From a virus, in IMG/VR virus record IMGVR_UViG_3300046780_000088, positions 22,783 to 86,782 of that record: a stretch of 64,000 bases of DNA; one strand, 5' to 3'. A program made the position numbers and the translations under genes. Position 1 is the stretch's first letter, and every line of letters starts with the position of its first letter. Positions 38,731 through 49,202 of this stretch are shown in pieces. The notes under the pieces were generated by a model. It saw only the letters and a list, made by a program, of their open reading frames with translations. It did not search any database and was not told the DNA's origin.

Positions 38731-40758
38731 ATGCCAACTGTTACATACGACACAATCGTAACTGGTCTTCAACGCGCTATAGTAGACGCGCAAACTTTGG
38801 CTGGACAAGTAATTACTCCCCCGCCGCCCCCGCCGCCTGTTAATGGAACCCCGATTGGGACGTACTATCCGCCAAACTTTACTGAGTCTGGTTTTGGTGA
38901 TGCTGCTGGACCGCCATCATGCGGTGTAACAGCTAGAATTGGTCAACAGTTGAAACCGCCTTATCCGGCATTTCTTCCGGGATTTTATTTAGGTGATGGT
39001 GATGCTCCGGTGCGTTGGACGACAATCAATAAACCTGATTGGTATGATACCGCTGGAACATTGTATGGTTCTGTTCCATACGCTAAGACTACGGTTACTG
39101 CTGCGCCAGTTCATTTAACTGAATTTTCGGTTGATCTTGATGCAACTTCATTAGTTAAGGAATTTGCAAGCAAACCGAATTATGGATTTGTAGTTGCTGC
39201 TGACAGTGCAAACTCTAACACAATCAAATGGCGTTCTTCACATGCATCAGTAAATTTGCCGGTGCTTATTGTTGATGGTGTGACGATTCAATGTGAACGT
39301 TCTACATGGTTTTCGACTAGCAGTGAGACATCGTTTGCTGGCAATCCTGAAATGAGAACGGCACATAATACCGATTTTGCTTTGCTGCGATTCGATCTTA
39401 GAACTATCGACGTATCGAAAGTCCAAAAAGCAACACTTCGTATGTGGACGTTTGATCAATATGGTAACGTGACAATCGGATTATATCGTTTGTGGAATCC
39501 GGCTGATCCTGCGAGCGTTGCACCTGTGCAACTTGGCATTGCTGCACAATATCCGCTTGATGTCGGAATTGAAACTAATTCTGCTGTTGCGTTTGTTCAA
39601 GCCGTCAAGGATAAAAATTATTCTTCCCTTTGGGGTTCTAGCTCCACTGGCGACAATTCAACATTCTTTACACCGGCAGACTTGGCAGCGCTTGGTTTAC
39701 CGCCTATGCCGGGGGCTACTGGAAACGCTATTGCTGGTGTCTTCAAAAAAGGTGGCCCGCAAAGTACCTTAGAAGCTCACTGGTCGCCGTGGCGTAGGGG
39801 TCAGGGTACAACCGGACCTTGGGAAACCGGGCAGCAGCTACGACCGCCTGCACCGATGGAAGAGGCATATTTCCGATATTACCTTATGATCCACGGCAAC
39901 CCGGAACCTGATGGTGGTAAGTTGTTTGGATTCGATGGTCGATACCGCGATTGGGGAACACCGCCTACACCTGAAAGTCTTGTTGGTGCTGGTCGTGGAA
40001 ATTCAGCTTCATTTTGTGATTTGCTTACTGGATATTCTGCGCGTGGAAATCACAATGCTGAACCTGTAGCTGGATCGCCTTGTAAGGGTCGTATTGGTGT
40101 TGGTATGAGCGATTGTTACATACCGGACCAAACAGGACCATATGGACCGGCATTAACAGTTGATCTAAATTATCTTGGTCAATTGAAAAAGGATGTGCCG
40201 CACTGTATTGAAATGCATTTGAAGTTGAATACAGTGACACATCCTGAAGAAAAACAGCAACTCATTACTTCTATTACTGCTGTAAATGGTGTTGCTACAG
40301 CTACTCTTGCACAACCATGTACGTCGCCATTGTACGTTACCGGAGCAACTATGGCTGTTGGTGGTGCTGGTGGATATTCTTCACTTGCATACAATGGTGA
40401 ATTCAAAATCACTGTTATCAGTCCGACTCAATTTACATATCCAGTTCCAACAACTGTTGCTCCTGTTGCTGCACTAGGTTCTAGTCCAAGCTATCCGTTG
40501 CGATTCACTTGCTGTTTGAGTACTGGAAACTTCGACGGTATTTTGGAATGGTTCATCAATGGTCGTTTGGCAATGCGTTATTCCGGTATGCGTTTTCGTG
40601 GTTCAGCATGGCTTCCTGATGGCAAATCGAAATATGGAATTGACAATTTCTGGTTTGCATTCTTCCAAGGTGGCCCAAACAATCCGACAGAAGACTACTG
40701 GATGTTTGCCAGTGGCATTGTGATCGCCGATAAATACATTGGACCTATGGTTCATTGA
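38731..40758 (+). CDS. Virion-associated protein with polysaccharide-lyase-like C-terminal domain
   Basis: EEAYFRYYL..GGKLFG..HCIEMHLKLNT..DGILEWFING..FFQGG; N-terminal ALLRFDL..KATLR domain; poly-Pro linker. Confidence 0.55.
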   Translation: MPTVTYDTIVTGLQRAIVDAQTLAGQVITPPPPPPPVNGTPIGTYYPPNFTESGFGDAAGPPSCGVTARIGQQLKPPYPAFLPGFYLGDGDAPVRWTTINKPDWYDTAGTLYGSVPYAKTTVTAAPVHLTEFSVDLDATSLVKEFASKPNYGFVVAADSANSNTIKWRSSHASVNLPVLIVDGVTIQCERSTWFSTSSETSFAGNPEMRTAHNTDFALLRFDLRTIDVSKVQKATLRMWTFDQYGNVTIGLYRLWNPADPASVAPVQLGIAAQYPLDVGIETNSAVAFVQAVKDKNYSSLWGSSSTGDNSTFFTPADLAALGLPPMPGATGNAIAGVFKKGGPQSTLEAHWSPWRRGQGTTGPWETGQQLRPPAPMEEAYFRYYLMIHGNPEPDGGKLFGFDGRYRDWGTPPTPESLVGAGRGNSASFCDLLTGYSARGNHNAEPVAGSPCKGRIGVGMSDCYIPDQTGPYGPALTVDLNYLGQLKKDVPHCIEMHLKLNTVTHPEEKQQLITSITAVNGVATATLAQPCTSPLYVTGATMAVGGAGGYSSLAYNGEFKITVISPTQFTYPVPTTVAPVAALGSSPSYPLRFTCCLSTGNFDGILEWFINGRLAMRYSGMRFRGSAWLPDGKSKYGIDNFWFAFFQGGPNNPTEDYWMFASGIVIADKYIGPMVH

Positions 40759-40773
40759 AAGTGAATACATAAA

Positions 40774-41130
40774 ATGGCAGCTACTAAAAACAAGCGGACT
40801 CTTCTTGCTTCAACGAGTATTGCCGCAGCAACACCGACTGATGGTACTGAAATTGATCTTTCAACGAAGTATGGTGGCGTTCTTACTGTAAAATTGACGA
40901 ATGGTGGAACTGGTCCTACGGTTCCGATCAACGCTTATGTATACATTGGTGGCGCTACAACTGAAAAGAAATTGTTCGCCAAGCTTCTTGGTGATTCAGT
41001 AAACAGTAGCGTTAATGAATATGCAGTTGATATTCCTGCTGGCACAATGTTTTTGAACATCACATTTAAGGACAATACTGCACAAGCGGTGACTTGTGAG
41101 GCATTCTTGCAAGAACTGACTACGATTTAA
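40774..41130 (+). CDS. Putative virion protein
   Basis: Beta-rich ORF in the late operon. Confidence 0.55.
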   Translation: MAATKNKRTLLASTSIAAATPTDGTEIDLSTKYGGVLTVKLTNGGTGPTVPINAYVYIGGATTEKKLFAKLLGDSVNSSVNEYAVDIPAGTMFLNITFKDNTAQAVTCEAFLQELTTI

Positions 41131-41133
41131 GCT

Positions 41134-43479
41134 ATGACTGTTTTCAATCGAGTTCGGTCGGCTCAGATTCCGCGTTACCCGCTGAAGATTGATCGCTCGA
41201 CTGAAATCGGAAAATCTCTCGTTGGACTTGTTTACTGCGGTGATAATGTAGCGCTCGATCTTGTAACTGGTTTGAAGCTTACATCGACGGTAAAAGCAGG
41301 AACGGCACCAGATTCAATAATGCCTCGCGGTGCACAGATACGTCCGATTAGTGCGGCGAATGGTGTTTACACTGCTAACCGTCTTGATTTTCCGACATGG
41401 CAGATTTCGCAACCACTAACATTTTTTGCGTTGTGGTATATATCATCGTATCAAGGATCAACCAGCACTGGAATGGGTTTTACTGGCGGGTCTGATGGTT
41501 TTCGCATAGGTGAACAGTTTGGTATTGGCAATCGTGTTTATGCAGCAATGGGAATATCAATTCTTCCGGGTGCTGTGTGGCCGATCAATACACCAATCTT
41601 AACTGTGATGACGTATAGCGGCGGTAATCTCGCTGCATATTTGAACGGTGTTGCAGATGGAACTGCAACTGGTGGTGCTGCAATAACATACGGTGCATTT
41701 GCTCGATTGTTTGCTGGAAAGCAACCTGACGGTTTTGCATTGAATGGTGGCGTATGTTACATGGGGTTGTGTAACTCTGTGTTGAGTACCGCTGCAATCG
41801 CAACTCTCTCCGCTGATCCGTTGTCGATACTTGCTCCTGCTCCAAGTCCTGAATGGTGGTGGCAAGTTGGTGCAACCGGAAATACCTATAACGATGGTGT
41901 TACGGAAAGTGGAAGCGCTGCCGACTCAGTAGACGGAATAATCTGTTCTGAATTTTTCCCTGCATCTGATATATCGTCTGGAAGTTGGGTTCCTAGTACT
42001 GGCGGAAGTTTGTTTGGTACTGTTGACGAATTTATTGCAGACGATAGTGACTACGACAAAAGTAGTTTCGATCCTTCTTCAGATACGATGGAAGTAAAAT
42101 TTGGTAGTGTGATAGCACCAAGCGTAAACACCAATCACACAATCAAGTATAGAATTTCCGCAAGATCGGGAGCTAATCGAGCAGCGCAATTGGTGATGAG
42201 TTTGTATTGCGGAGCTACGCTTATCAAAACTTGGACGCATAATCCAGTTCCGTCAACACCAACAACATATTTTCAAGCGCTAACACCGTCTGAAGCAAAC
42301 ACGATTTCAGATTATACTGATCTTCGGTTGCGTGCTGTTGCATCGAAGGTGCTTGTAACACCATCATGGCTTAGTGGCGCAGCAGTAAATTCGTGGGTTC
42401 CTTTGCCCGGTACAGATTTGAATTCTATGGATGTCTCTGTTCTGACTGCTGCTGGTTTGAATCCGGGAGCGAATGAATGGGGCAACCCTAAAACTGGAAT
42501 TCTTGCTTATAGTGGCGGAACGATACGAAGATCAGATAGTACATTCATGATTTTCGGTGGTGGCGGTTCGAATGCTTGGGCTGGAAATGAATGGCGTGGA
42601 ATTGGATTAGAAGACAATGCTCCATCTTGGGTTTGTTTGACGAATCCTGATCCAGCTTATGATTGTTGGTTGCACGCTGATCCTGCTGCTGCATACAACA
42701 AAGATGGTATCACACCGCAAGCACGCCACTCATATTGGGCAGGGCATTACATCGATGCAACAAAACGTTGCTATACATTCGGTATTGCGAATACTTGGTC
42801 AACTGATGGATCACCGCCCGGAAATGAAAAATATCATGTCGATGCAATTCTTCTTGCTACTAAGACATGGTTAGCACCTGATACTCTTTCGCGCCCAACA
42901 TCTTATCCGCGAGCGCAAGATGGAAACTTGATTCTCAAGAATCCATCTAATGAACATATTTATTGGTATGGCTCTACGACCATCGCTGAATATGATCCTT
43001 CGACTGATACTTGGACTTCAAGATATTCGCAAGCTGGAACAGATAATGACAGCGCTGGTGGATGTGTCGATCCTGTAAATGGTGTTGTTTTGAGATTTGG
43101 TGATGATGGTGGAACACAAAACCTATGGCATGAGTTTGCAATTGGTACATCGTGGACAAAAACTGCTTGCACCATGTCTGGTCCGTATGCTGGAACTCTA
43201 GCGCAGTATCACGGTTATTGGGCAAATGGTTTTGTATACGATGAAGGATTAGGTTGTTTCTTGATGTATCAGGATGATGGTTTTCTATACACGATTACTC
43301 GCACTGGTACAGCAGCATACACTGTTGATCGATTGACGATGACAGGTACACCGCCAACAGCAAATCAATATGGTGGACTGACTGGCATTTGGAGTCGTAT
43401 GCAGTACGTTCCAAATCTCAAAGGTGTTGCCATTTATCTTCTTGGTTCGAATCCAATCTATTTTGCAAAAACTTCGTAA
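41134..43479 (+). CDS. Putative fibre/adhesin: LamG-like domain plus beta-propeller-like C-terminus
   Basis: VMTYSGGNLAAYLNGV (LamG-like); IFGGGG, PQARHSY and YDPSTDTWT (propeller-like). Confidence 0.55.
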   Translation: MTVFNRVRSAQIPRYPLKIDRSTEIGKSLVGLVYCGDNVALDLVTGLKLTSTVKAGTAPDSIMPRGAQIRPISAANGVYTANRLDFPTWQISQPLTFFALWYISSYQGSTSTGMGFTGGSDGFRIGEQFGIGNRVYAAMGISILPGAVWPINTPILTVMTYSGGNLAAYLNGVADGTATGGAAITYGAFARLFAGKQPDGFALNGGVCYMGLCNSVLSTAAIATLSADPLSILAPAPSPEWWWQVGATGNTYNDGVTESGSAADSVDGIICSEFFPASDISSGSWVPSTGGSLFGTVDEFIADDSDYDKSSFDPSSDTMEVKFGSVIAPSVNTNHTIKYRISARSGANRAAQLVMSLYCGATLIKTWTHNPVPSTPTTYFQALTPSEANTISDYTDLRLRAVASKVLVTPSWLSGAAVNSWVPLPGTDLNSMDVSVLTAAGLNPGANEWGNPKTGILAYSGGTIRRSDSTFMIFGGGGSNAWAGNEWRGIGLEDNAPSWVCLTNPDPAYDCWLHADPAAAYNKDGITPQARHSYWAGHYIDATKRCYTFGIANTWSTDGSPPGNEKYHVDAILLATKTWLAPDTLSRPTSYPRAQDGNLILKNPSNEHIYWYGSTTIAEYDPSTDTWTSRYSQAGTDNDSAGGCVDPVNGVVLRFGDDGGTQNLWHEFAIGTSWTKTACTMSGPYAGTLAQYHGYWANGFVYDEGLGCFLMYQDDGFLYTITRTGTAAYTVDRLTMTGTPPTANQYGGLTGIWSRMQYVPNLKGVAIYLLGSNPIYFAKTS

Positions 43480-43491
43480 GGGTAAACTTCA

Positions 43492-44613
43492 ATGACACTG
43501 CATACGCATTCAGATAGATTGGAGCGCTGGTTGGGCGCAGAAGAAGTTGCGAATTTGTCTAGAGCGATGAAGGATTTTTATTGGCCTATCGCCGTGCATG
43601 GTGTACCCGGTTCTGTTTTTGCAATGCCGGGTGGAGATTTTACTGGTGAGATTCGCGCTGGAAAAGAAGTGAGCGCAGTAGAACGTGCATCAGATACGCT
43701 TCGCAGAATGCGTAATGCTCAACGCGCTCGCATGGCAATGTCGCAACGACAACTTGGTGCATTCTCTAATCTTTCAGCCTTGATTGCGGCAGCTACAGGT
43801 GGCAAGGCGCAAAATTTCACATACACCAAAACAGGTTCGGCGGTTGCTGCGATTGGTAATGCTGCTGACCTTTGGACTTCTGCTGGTCAACCGGGTGCTG
43901 GTGCTGCTGGTAGTGCAGCGCCGGGGGGCAAAGCATGGACAAATGCTGATGCAGGAAGTTTGAAGTATGCTAATCCTGTAAACGCAAACACCGGACACTT
44001 TGCTACCGGATATGTTTCAGCTAGTGTTGTTTCGAACACACTATTGCTTTACGACAGATTGCTTTCAGTTGTAAAGACGATGGCATCGACAACAACTGAA
44101 GCAGTGACAGGAACATTTTCGCGTTATCAAAGTGCAACGACTACTAATGCAGATTACATTGGCGGGAATTTCTGTTTCCCAAGTAATCCAACAACGATTT
44201 TGGCAGCAACAGCACACAACTGGACTGTGTGCCAATACACCGATCAAGCAGGTAATACTGCAAATAGTTTCCCTACAATTGCTGGTCTTTCAGCTTGCGC
44301 TGTTCATGCAATCGATCTGGCTGTTGGCAATTGGTTTATGCCTCTCGCCTCTGGCGATGTTGGAGTCAAAGCGTTGACGCAAATGCAATGCGATGCTTCG
44401 GTTGCAACCGGAACAATCGACTTCAATGTCGGACATCCAATTGCATTCTTCCCGGCACCAATTGCAAATATGATTTGTGTGATTGATGGTATCAACACAG
44501 CATTTAATTTGACGAATATATATGATAATGCCTGCCTAGCATTTCTCGAAATGCCAAAACCGGCAACGACAGCTACGACTTATGGTGGACAAGTAACCAT
44601 AGTTGCTGAGTAA
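43492..44613 (+). CDS. Putative virion structural protein
   Basis: LLLYDRL..YTDQAGNT..MPLASGDVGVK motifs seen in phage structural proteins. Confidence 0.55.
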   Translation: MTLHTHSDRLERWLGAEEVANLSRAMKDFYWPIAVHGVPGSVFAMPGGDFTGEIRAGKEVSAVERASDTLRRMRNAQRARMAMSQRQLGAFSNLSALIAAATGGKAQNFTYTKTGSAVAAIGNAADLWTSAGQPGAGAAGSAAPGGKAWTNADAGSLKYANPVNANTGHFATGYVSASVVSNTLLLYDRLLSVVKTMASTTTEAVTGTFSRYQSATTTNADYIGGNFCFPSNPTTILAATAHNWTVCQYTDQAGNTANSFPTIAGLSACAVHAIDLAVGNWFMPLASGDVGVKALTQMQCDASVATGTIDFNVGHPIAFFPAPIANMICVIDGINTAFNLTNIYDNACLAFLEMPKPATTATTYGGQVTIVAE

Positions 44614-44616
44614 TAC

Positions 44617-45858
44617 ATGGCGAACATCTTTCGATGGGCACCATCTTCAATTGTAAGTGCCAGTGAAAATCAATGGGCAAATGTAGAAGGTGATGCTGAT
44701 TCAGATGTTTTACCTGTTGGTGGGCGTGACGGTATAATCTTTGAATCACTCAAAGCAACAGACGGTGTTGATGCAACACAACCAACACAAGCGTTTTTGT
44801 TTTGGGCGAATCTTGAAATCCCGAAGGGTACTACTGCTTCAGTAATTGCGGAATCAGGTACAGCAACAGATACCGTTGGTAGCGCGTGGGTTACGACAGC
44901 AGCGGTTGTTGAATCAGGCACAGCAACAGATACAGTCGGTAGCGCATGGGTTACTAAAGCGACTATCGCCGAGGCTGGTTCAGCAGCGGATACAGTTGGC
45001 AGTGCTTGGACAACTTCAGCAGCAATCGCGGAATCTGGTACAGCAACAGACACGGTAGGAAGCGCGTGGGTAACGTCTGCCGCGATTGTTGAAACAGGTA
45101 CAGCAACAGATACCGTTGGTAGTGCGTGGGTTACTACAGCGGCGATTGTTGAATCAGGTTCGGCAGCAGACACTACGGATGCCTCAATTTCATCTGGCGG
45201 TGTAAATGCAATTGCCGAAGCTGGATCGGCAGCAGACACGGTTTCAGCAAGTGTTGTTGATTCTGCTGCAATATCTGAGTCTGGTTCGGCAGCAGATACA
45301 GTCGGAAGTGCTTGGATAACTTTTGCTGCAATTGCCGAAGCTGGATCGGCAGCGGACATCACTGCTGTAACAGCTATTTTCAATGCTGCGATTTCTGAAT
45401 CTGGTTCAGCAGCAGATACGGTTATCAGTGCTTGGATCACATCGGCAGCGATTGTCGAATCTGGATCAGCAGCGGATACCGTAAATGGTTCGATAACTAG
45501 CGGAACCGCTAGTGCTGTTTCTGAAGCAGGAAGTGCGATTGATTCTTGCGATGCTCATGTTGTATATGCCGGTTCGATTGCTGAAGGAAGCGCTAGTGCC
45601 GCCGACGTTGTTGCTGTTCGAGCATTGTGGGCAGCAGCTATTGCTGAAAATGGTAATGCAATAGATGTTGAATCTGTCACTGCACAATTCGTTGCAAGCA
45701 TTGCCGAAATTGGTGCTGCACAAGATGATGTCCATCTTCCAGTTACTACGATCCATGAATCGCTTTGTTCAGCAACACCTGAAACACCTTATTTTGTTAC
45801 CGCTGCTGAACGTGTATACAAACCTGTAATGCCCGAAAACATTCCAAAGGGATCGTAA
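44617..45858 (+). CDS. Repeat-rich virion protein (20-aa ESG(T/S)A.DTVGSAW.T.AAI repeats)
   Basis: More than ten degenerate 60-bp units between about 44840 and 45730. Confidence 0.75.
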   Translation: MANIFRWAPSSIVSASENQWANVEGDADSDVLPVGGRDGIIFESLKATDGVDATQPTQAFLFWANLEIPKGTTASVIAESGTATDTVGSAWVTTAAVVESGTATDTVGSAWVTKATIAEAGSAADTVGSAWTTSAAIAESGTATDTVGSAWVTSAAIVETGTATDTVGSAWVTTAAIVESGSAADTTDASISSGGVNAIAEAGSAADTVSASVVDSAAISESGSAADTVGSAWITFAAIAEAGSAADITAVTAIFNAAISESGSAADTVISAWITSAAIVESGSAADTVNGSITSGTASAVSEAGSAIDSCDAHVVYAGSIAEGSASAADVVAVRALWAAAIAENGNAIDVESVTAQFVASIAEIGAAQDDVHLPVTTIHESLCSATPETPYFVTAAERVYKPVMPENIPKGS

Positions 45859-46172
45859 TGGATTACATAATTGGCGATGATGGATACCCACACACTGATG
45901 CAGACATTGCCGCTAATTTGCCATACGGTTTCGATCTGACTCAATGGGTTTTGTCCAAAGGTGAATCTGGTATTGCTTCGGCAACTTGTACAGCAGATGC
46001 AGGAGTGACCAAGGTTGGATCGGTTGTGATTGTTGGTAGCAAGATTGCACAACAATGTGACTTGTCTACATGCTCCATCAACACTGCATACAAGTTGAAA
46101 TTCGCATGGGTTTCGTCACCGAATGGTTTTAAGGATGAGAGGACAATCGTTCTTGATGTCAAGCAACGTTGA
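45858..46172 (+). CDS. Putative fibre-adaptor-like small protein
   Basis: LPYGFDLTQW..GESGIASAT..DERTIVLDVKQR. Confidence 0.5.
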   Translation: MDYIIGDDGYPHTDADIAANLPYGFDLTQWVLSKGESGIASATCTADAGVTKVGSVVIVGSKIAQQCDLSTCSINTAYKLKFAWVSSPNGFKDERTIVLDVKQR

Positions 46173-46950
46173 TACAACCACAGATGTAATAGCAGGAAAG
46201 CTTGCTGAACACCGCGTCAATTTGATGCGGGTAGCTGCACATATTTCGACGTTGGTAAATGCAATTCTTACTGATCTACAAAACGAAATAATTTATCGGT
46301 TGCGTTCCACCGATCTGACTTCATTCCAACAGTTCAAGCTGGCATCGCTTTTGACAGACATCGGAAATGAAATTGCTTATAGCATGAACGAAGCAAGCAC
46401 ATTGATCGATGAAAACATGACTGATGTTTCTGGAACAGAAGCTTTGGTTGTAGCGCAGATCATCAATAGCGTTCTTGGTATGGATGTTATGAATGGTGAT
46501 TTGCCAAACGAAACGACTCAACAAATCGTTGATGATCTGATGGTTCAAGGTGCACCAATTGGTGATTATCTAAACCAACAGGGAAGTGATCTTCAATTCA
46601 GAATAGCTCAACAATTGCGCATGGGTGTAGCTGCTGACGATTCAATGTCTGAATTGGAAGACAGAATAATTGGTGCTGGTGGCGATCCCGGAGTGTTTGG
46701 GAAAACGAATTCTATGATGGATTTGTTGGTAGGTACAGCGCTCGCAACAGTTGTGAATGATACTCGCTCGGCAGTATATGATCAAAATGATGTTGCACAC
46801 ATGGTCTGGTACACCATCATGGATGGTGATGAATGCCCTGAGTGCGCGGACCTAAATGGTGAAGTCGATCCTGATGATGAACCACCATTACACCCGAATT
46901 GTAGATGTGACCTTGTTCCACAGGTAGCGGCAGAGGCGCAGATCGAATGA
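46156..46950 (+). CDS. Head morphogenesis protein (MuF/SPP1 gp7-like)
   Basis: W..IMDGDECPECADLNG..PPLHPNCRC. Confidence 0.85.
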   Translation: MSSNVDTTTDVIAGKLAEHRVNLMRVAAHISTLVNAILTDLQNEIIYRLRSTDLTSFQQFKLASLLTDIGNEIAYSMNEASTLIDENMTDVSGTEALVVAQIINSVLGMDVMNGDLPNETTQQIVDDLMVQGAPIGDYLNQQGSDLQFRIAQQLRMGVAADDSMSELEDRIIGAGGDPGVFGKTNSMMDLLVGTALATVVNDTRSAVYDQNDVAHMVWYTIMDGDECPECADLNGEVDPDDEPPLHPNCRCDLVPQVAAEAQIE

Positions 46951-47168
46951 AAAAGGCAAGCAAAGATTTTCAGAACTGGTTTGATGAATTAGGAACCGTC
47001 AGACAAGACGAATTACTAGGAGCAGATAAGGCAGAACTTTTTCGCAATGGAAAGTTGAATGTACGAAATTTGTTGAATCAAAAAGCACGACCCTTATCTC
47101 TGGAAGAGTTAAGACGAATGCATGGAGTAGATACAAACGATGGTGTGACGCCATCAACCCGAAGTTAG
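46947..47168 (+). CDS. Separate ORF resembling the usual MuF C-terminal extension
   Basis: FQNWF..QDELLG..KAELFRNGKL..LLNQKARPLSLEEL. Confidence 0.65.
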   Translation: MKKASKDFQNWFDELGTVRQDELLGADKAELFRNGKLNVRNLLNQKARPLSLEELRRMHGVDTNDGVTPSTRS

Positions 47169-47216
47169 GCGAGGGACTCGCCAAACATAGTTTGAAAAGA
47201 ATGGAGTGATTCCATC

Positions 47217-47999
47217 ATGGCACTAAAAATCGTAGTCGATACTTTGGATGGTCTGGATGACGCAACAAAGGCGCTGTACGAACCGAAACCCAATGCAGAA
47301 GGAAAGTTTGATCTGATTGTTGAGGGGATTGATGGTTTGCGCAGTGCGCTTGGATCGGAACGGGAAGCTGCGAAGAAGGAACGAGTGCGCGCGGAAAAGG
47401 CAGAAGCATTGTCTAAGGCGTTCTCCGAACTTGGAATGGCACCTGAAACGATCAAGGAACTGAAGTCCAAAATGGAAGGTGATGCTGAAGCGCAATTGCT
47501 TGCGCAAGGCAAGATCAACGAACTGCTTGGACTTCGGACTGAGAAGATGCGCGGAGACTTTACAAAGAAACTCGAAGCGGCTGATGCGACCGTCAAGAAA
47601 GCTCTTGAGACAGCATCAAAATGGACCGGGAAGGTTCTGGAAAATCATATCCGCGAAGCTGCAATAGTTGTTGGCGTTCACAAGAATGCCGTTCAAGATG
47701 CACTGCTTCGTGCGAGAGGGATTTTTCAACTGAATGAAGATGGAAACGCGGTTGCGATGCGCGATGGTAGCCCTGTACTCGGGAAAGATGGCAAGACGCC
47801 ATTGACTCCTTCGGAATGGCTGGACTCAATGAAAGAAGTTGCACCACATTGGTTCCCTGCTGCCGGTTCGGGTTCAGGAGCGCAACAATCATCGAACGCG
47901 CAAGGCGCGAAGACAATCAAGAGGGCCGCATTTGACGCACTCGATCCGCAGCAAAAGCGGAAAGCAGTAGTTGAAGACGGCATGACAATAGTTGACTAA
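47217..47999 (+). CDS. Capsid scaffold protein
   Basis: GLRSALGSERE coiled coil, APHWFP..GSGA; directly upstream of the capsid gene. Confidence 0.8.
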   Translation: MALKIVVDTLDGLDDATKALYEPKPNAEGKFDLIVEGIDGLRSALGSEREAAKKERVRAEKAEALSKAFSELGMAPETIKELKSKMEGDAEAQLLAQGKINELLGLRTEKMRGDFTKKLEAADATVKKALETASKWTGKVLENHIREAAIVVGVHKNAVQDALLRARGIFQLNEDGNAVAMRDGSPVLGKDGKTPLTPSEWLDSMKEVAPHWFPAAGSGSGAQQSSNAQGAKTIKRAAFDALDPQQKRKAVVEDGMTIVD

Positions 48000-48032
48000 T
48001 CTGTCAACACTCCAAGAAGGAATTTTTGAACT

Positions 48033-49184
48033 ATGGCAAATACCCTTACGGGTCTAATCCCCACACTATTCGCGGCACTTGATGTTGTGTCGCGTGAATT
48101 GGTTGGGTTCATTCCCGCTGTTACGCGCAATTCGAGCGCAGAGCGGGCCGCATTGAACGAAACAATTACATACCCGGTTGCACCTATCGGTACGCTGTCG
48201 AACATCACACCGGGCGTTACTGCCCCGAATGATGGCGATCAGACTATCGGTACTGGTTCGATCACCATTTCCAAGTCGATGTACGCTCCGGTTCGTTGGA
48301 ACGGCGAGGAAATGAAGGGTGTTGGTAACTCTGGACAGCTTCAACAAATCATGCAAGACCAATTTTCGAACGCGATGCGTGCGCTTGTGAATCAGGTTGA
48401 AACTGATTTGGCTGTTGCTGCCCGCGCTGGTGCTTCGCGTGCTGTCGGTACTATTGGTCAAAACCCGTTTGGAACTGCTGGCGACTTCAGTGATTTTGCT
48501 GCTGCGCTGAAAGTTCTGGATGACAACGGTGCACCGACATCAGACCGTCACCTTGTGCTTGGATCGGCAGCTATTGCCAATCTTCGCGGCAAGCAATCGG
48601 TTCTGTTCAAGGTGAATGAAGCTGGTACGCAAGACCTTTTGCGCGCTGGTATCATGGGTCGCGTTGAAGGGTTCGACATCCACAACAGCGCTGGTATCAA
48701 GCAAGCTGCGTCTGGTGGTGGTACAGCATACGTTACTAACGGTTCCACCGCTCCGGGTGTTACTGGCATCGCACTTATTACTGGTTCTGGTACTGTGCTT
48801 GCTGGTGACGTTGTTACCTTCGCGGCTGACGCAACCAATAAGTATGTTATTGGTACTGGTGTTGCTGCACCGGGTACGATTCAGTTGAACAAGCCGGGTG
48901 CGTTGGTCACTATTGCAACATCAAATGCGATGACGATTGCGGCAGCAAATACTGCCAATGCAGCGTTCTCGCGTAATGCTATCCACCTTGTTACTCGCGC
49001 ACCGGCAATGCCGGAAGGTGGGGATGGAGCGGATGACGTTATGGAAATTACCGATCCGGTTTCGGGTCTGTCTTTCCAAGTTGCTGTGTACCGTCAGTAC
49101 CGCCAGATTCGTTACGAAGTTGGTCTTGCTTGGGGTGTTGCTACTCCCAAGTCGGAACACATCGCAACTCTGATCGGAGCGTAA
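48033..49184 (+). CDS. Major capsid protein (P22 coat-like, HK97 fold)
   Basis: MANTLTGLIPTLFAALDVVSRELVGFIP..; 383 aa; followed by a terminator. Confidence 0.9.
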   Translation: MANTLTGLIPTLFAALDVVSRELVGFIPAVTRNSSAERAALNETITYPVAPIGTLSNITPGVTAPNDGDQTIGTGSITISKSMYAPVRWNGEEMKGVGNSGQLQQIMQDQFSNAMRALVNQVETDLAVAARAGASRAVGTIGQNPFGTAGDFSDFAAALKVLDDNGAPTSDRHLVLGSAAIANLRGKQSVLFKVNEAGTQDLLRAGIMGRVEGFDIHNSAGIKQAASGGGTAYVTNGSTAPGVTGIALITGSGTVLAGDVVTFAADATNKYVIGTGVAAPGTIQLNKPGALVTIATSNAMTIAAANTANAAFSRNAIHLVTRAPAMPEGGDGADDVMEITDPVSGLSFQVAVYRQYRQIRYEVGLAWGVATPKSEHIATLIGA

Positions 49185-49202
49185 TAGAAGTTGTGAGCCA
49201 AT

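Noticed and set aside
44840-45730. 60-bp periodic repeats as a CRISPR or guide-RNA array
   Set aside because: The units are in-frame, degenerate at synonymous positions and encode a protein repeat. There are no unique spacers and no cas genes.
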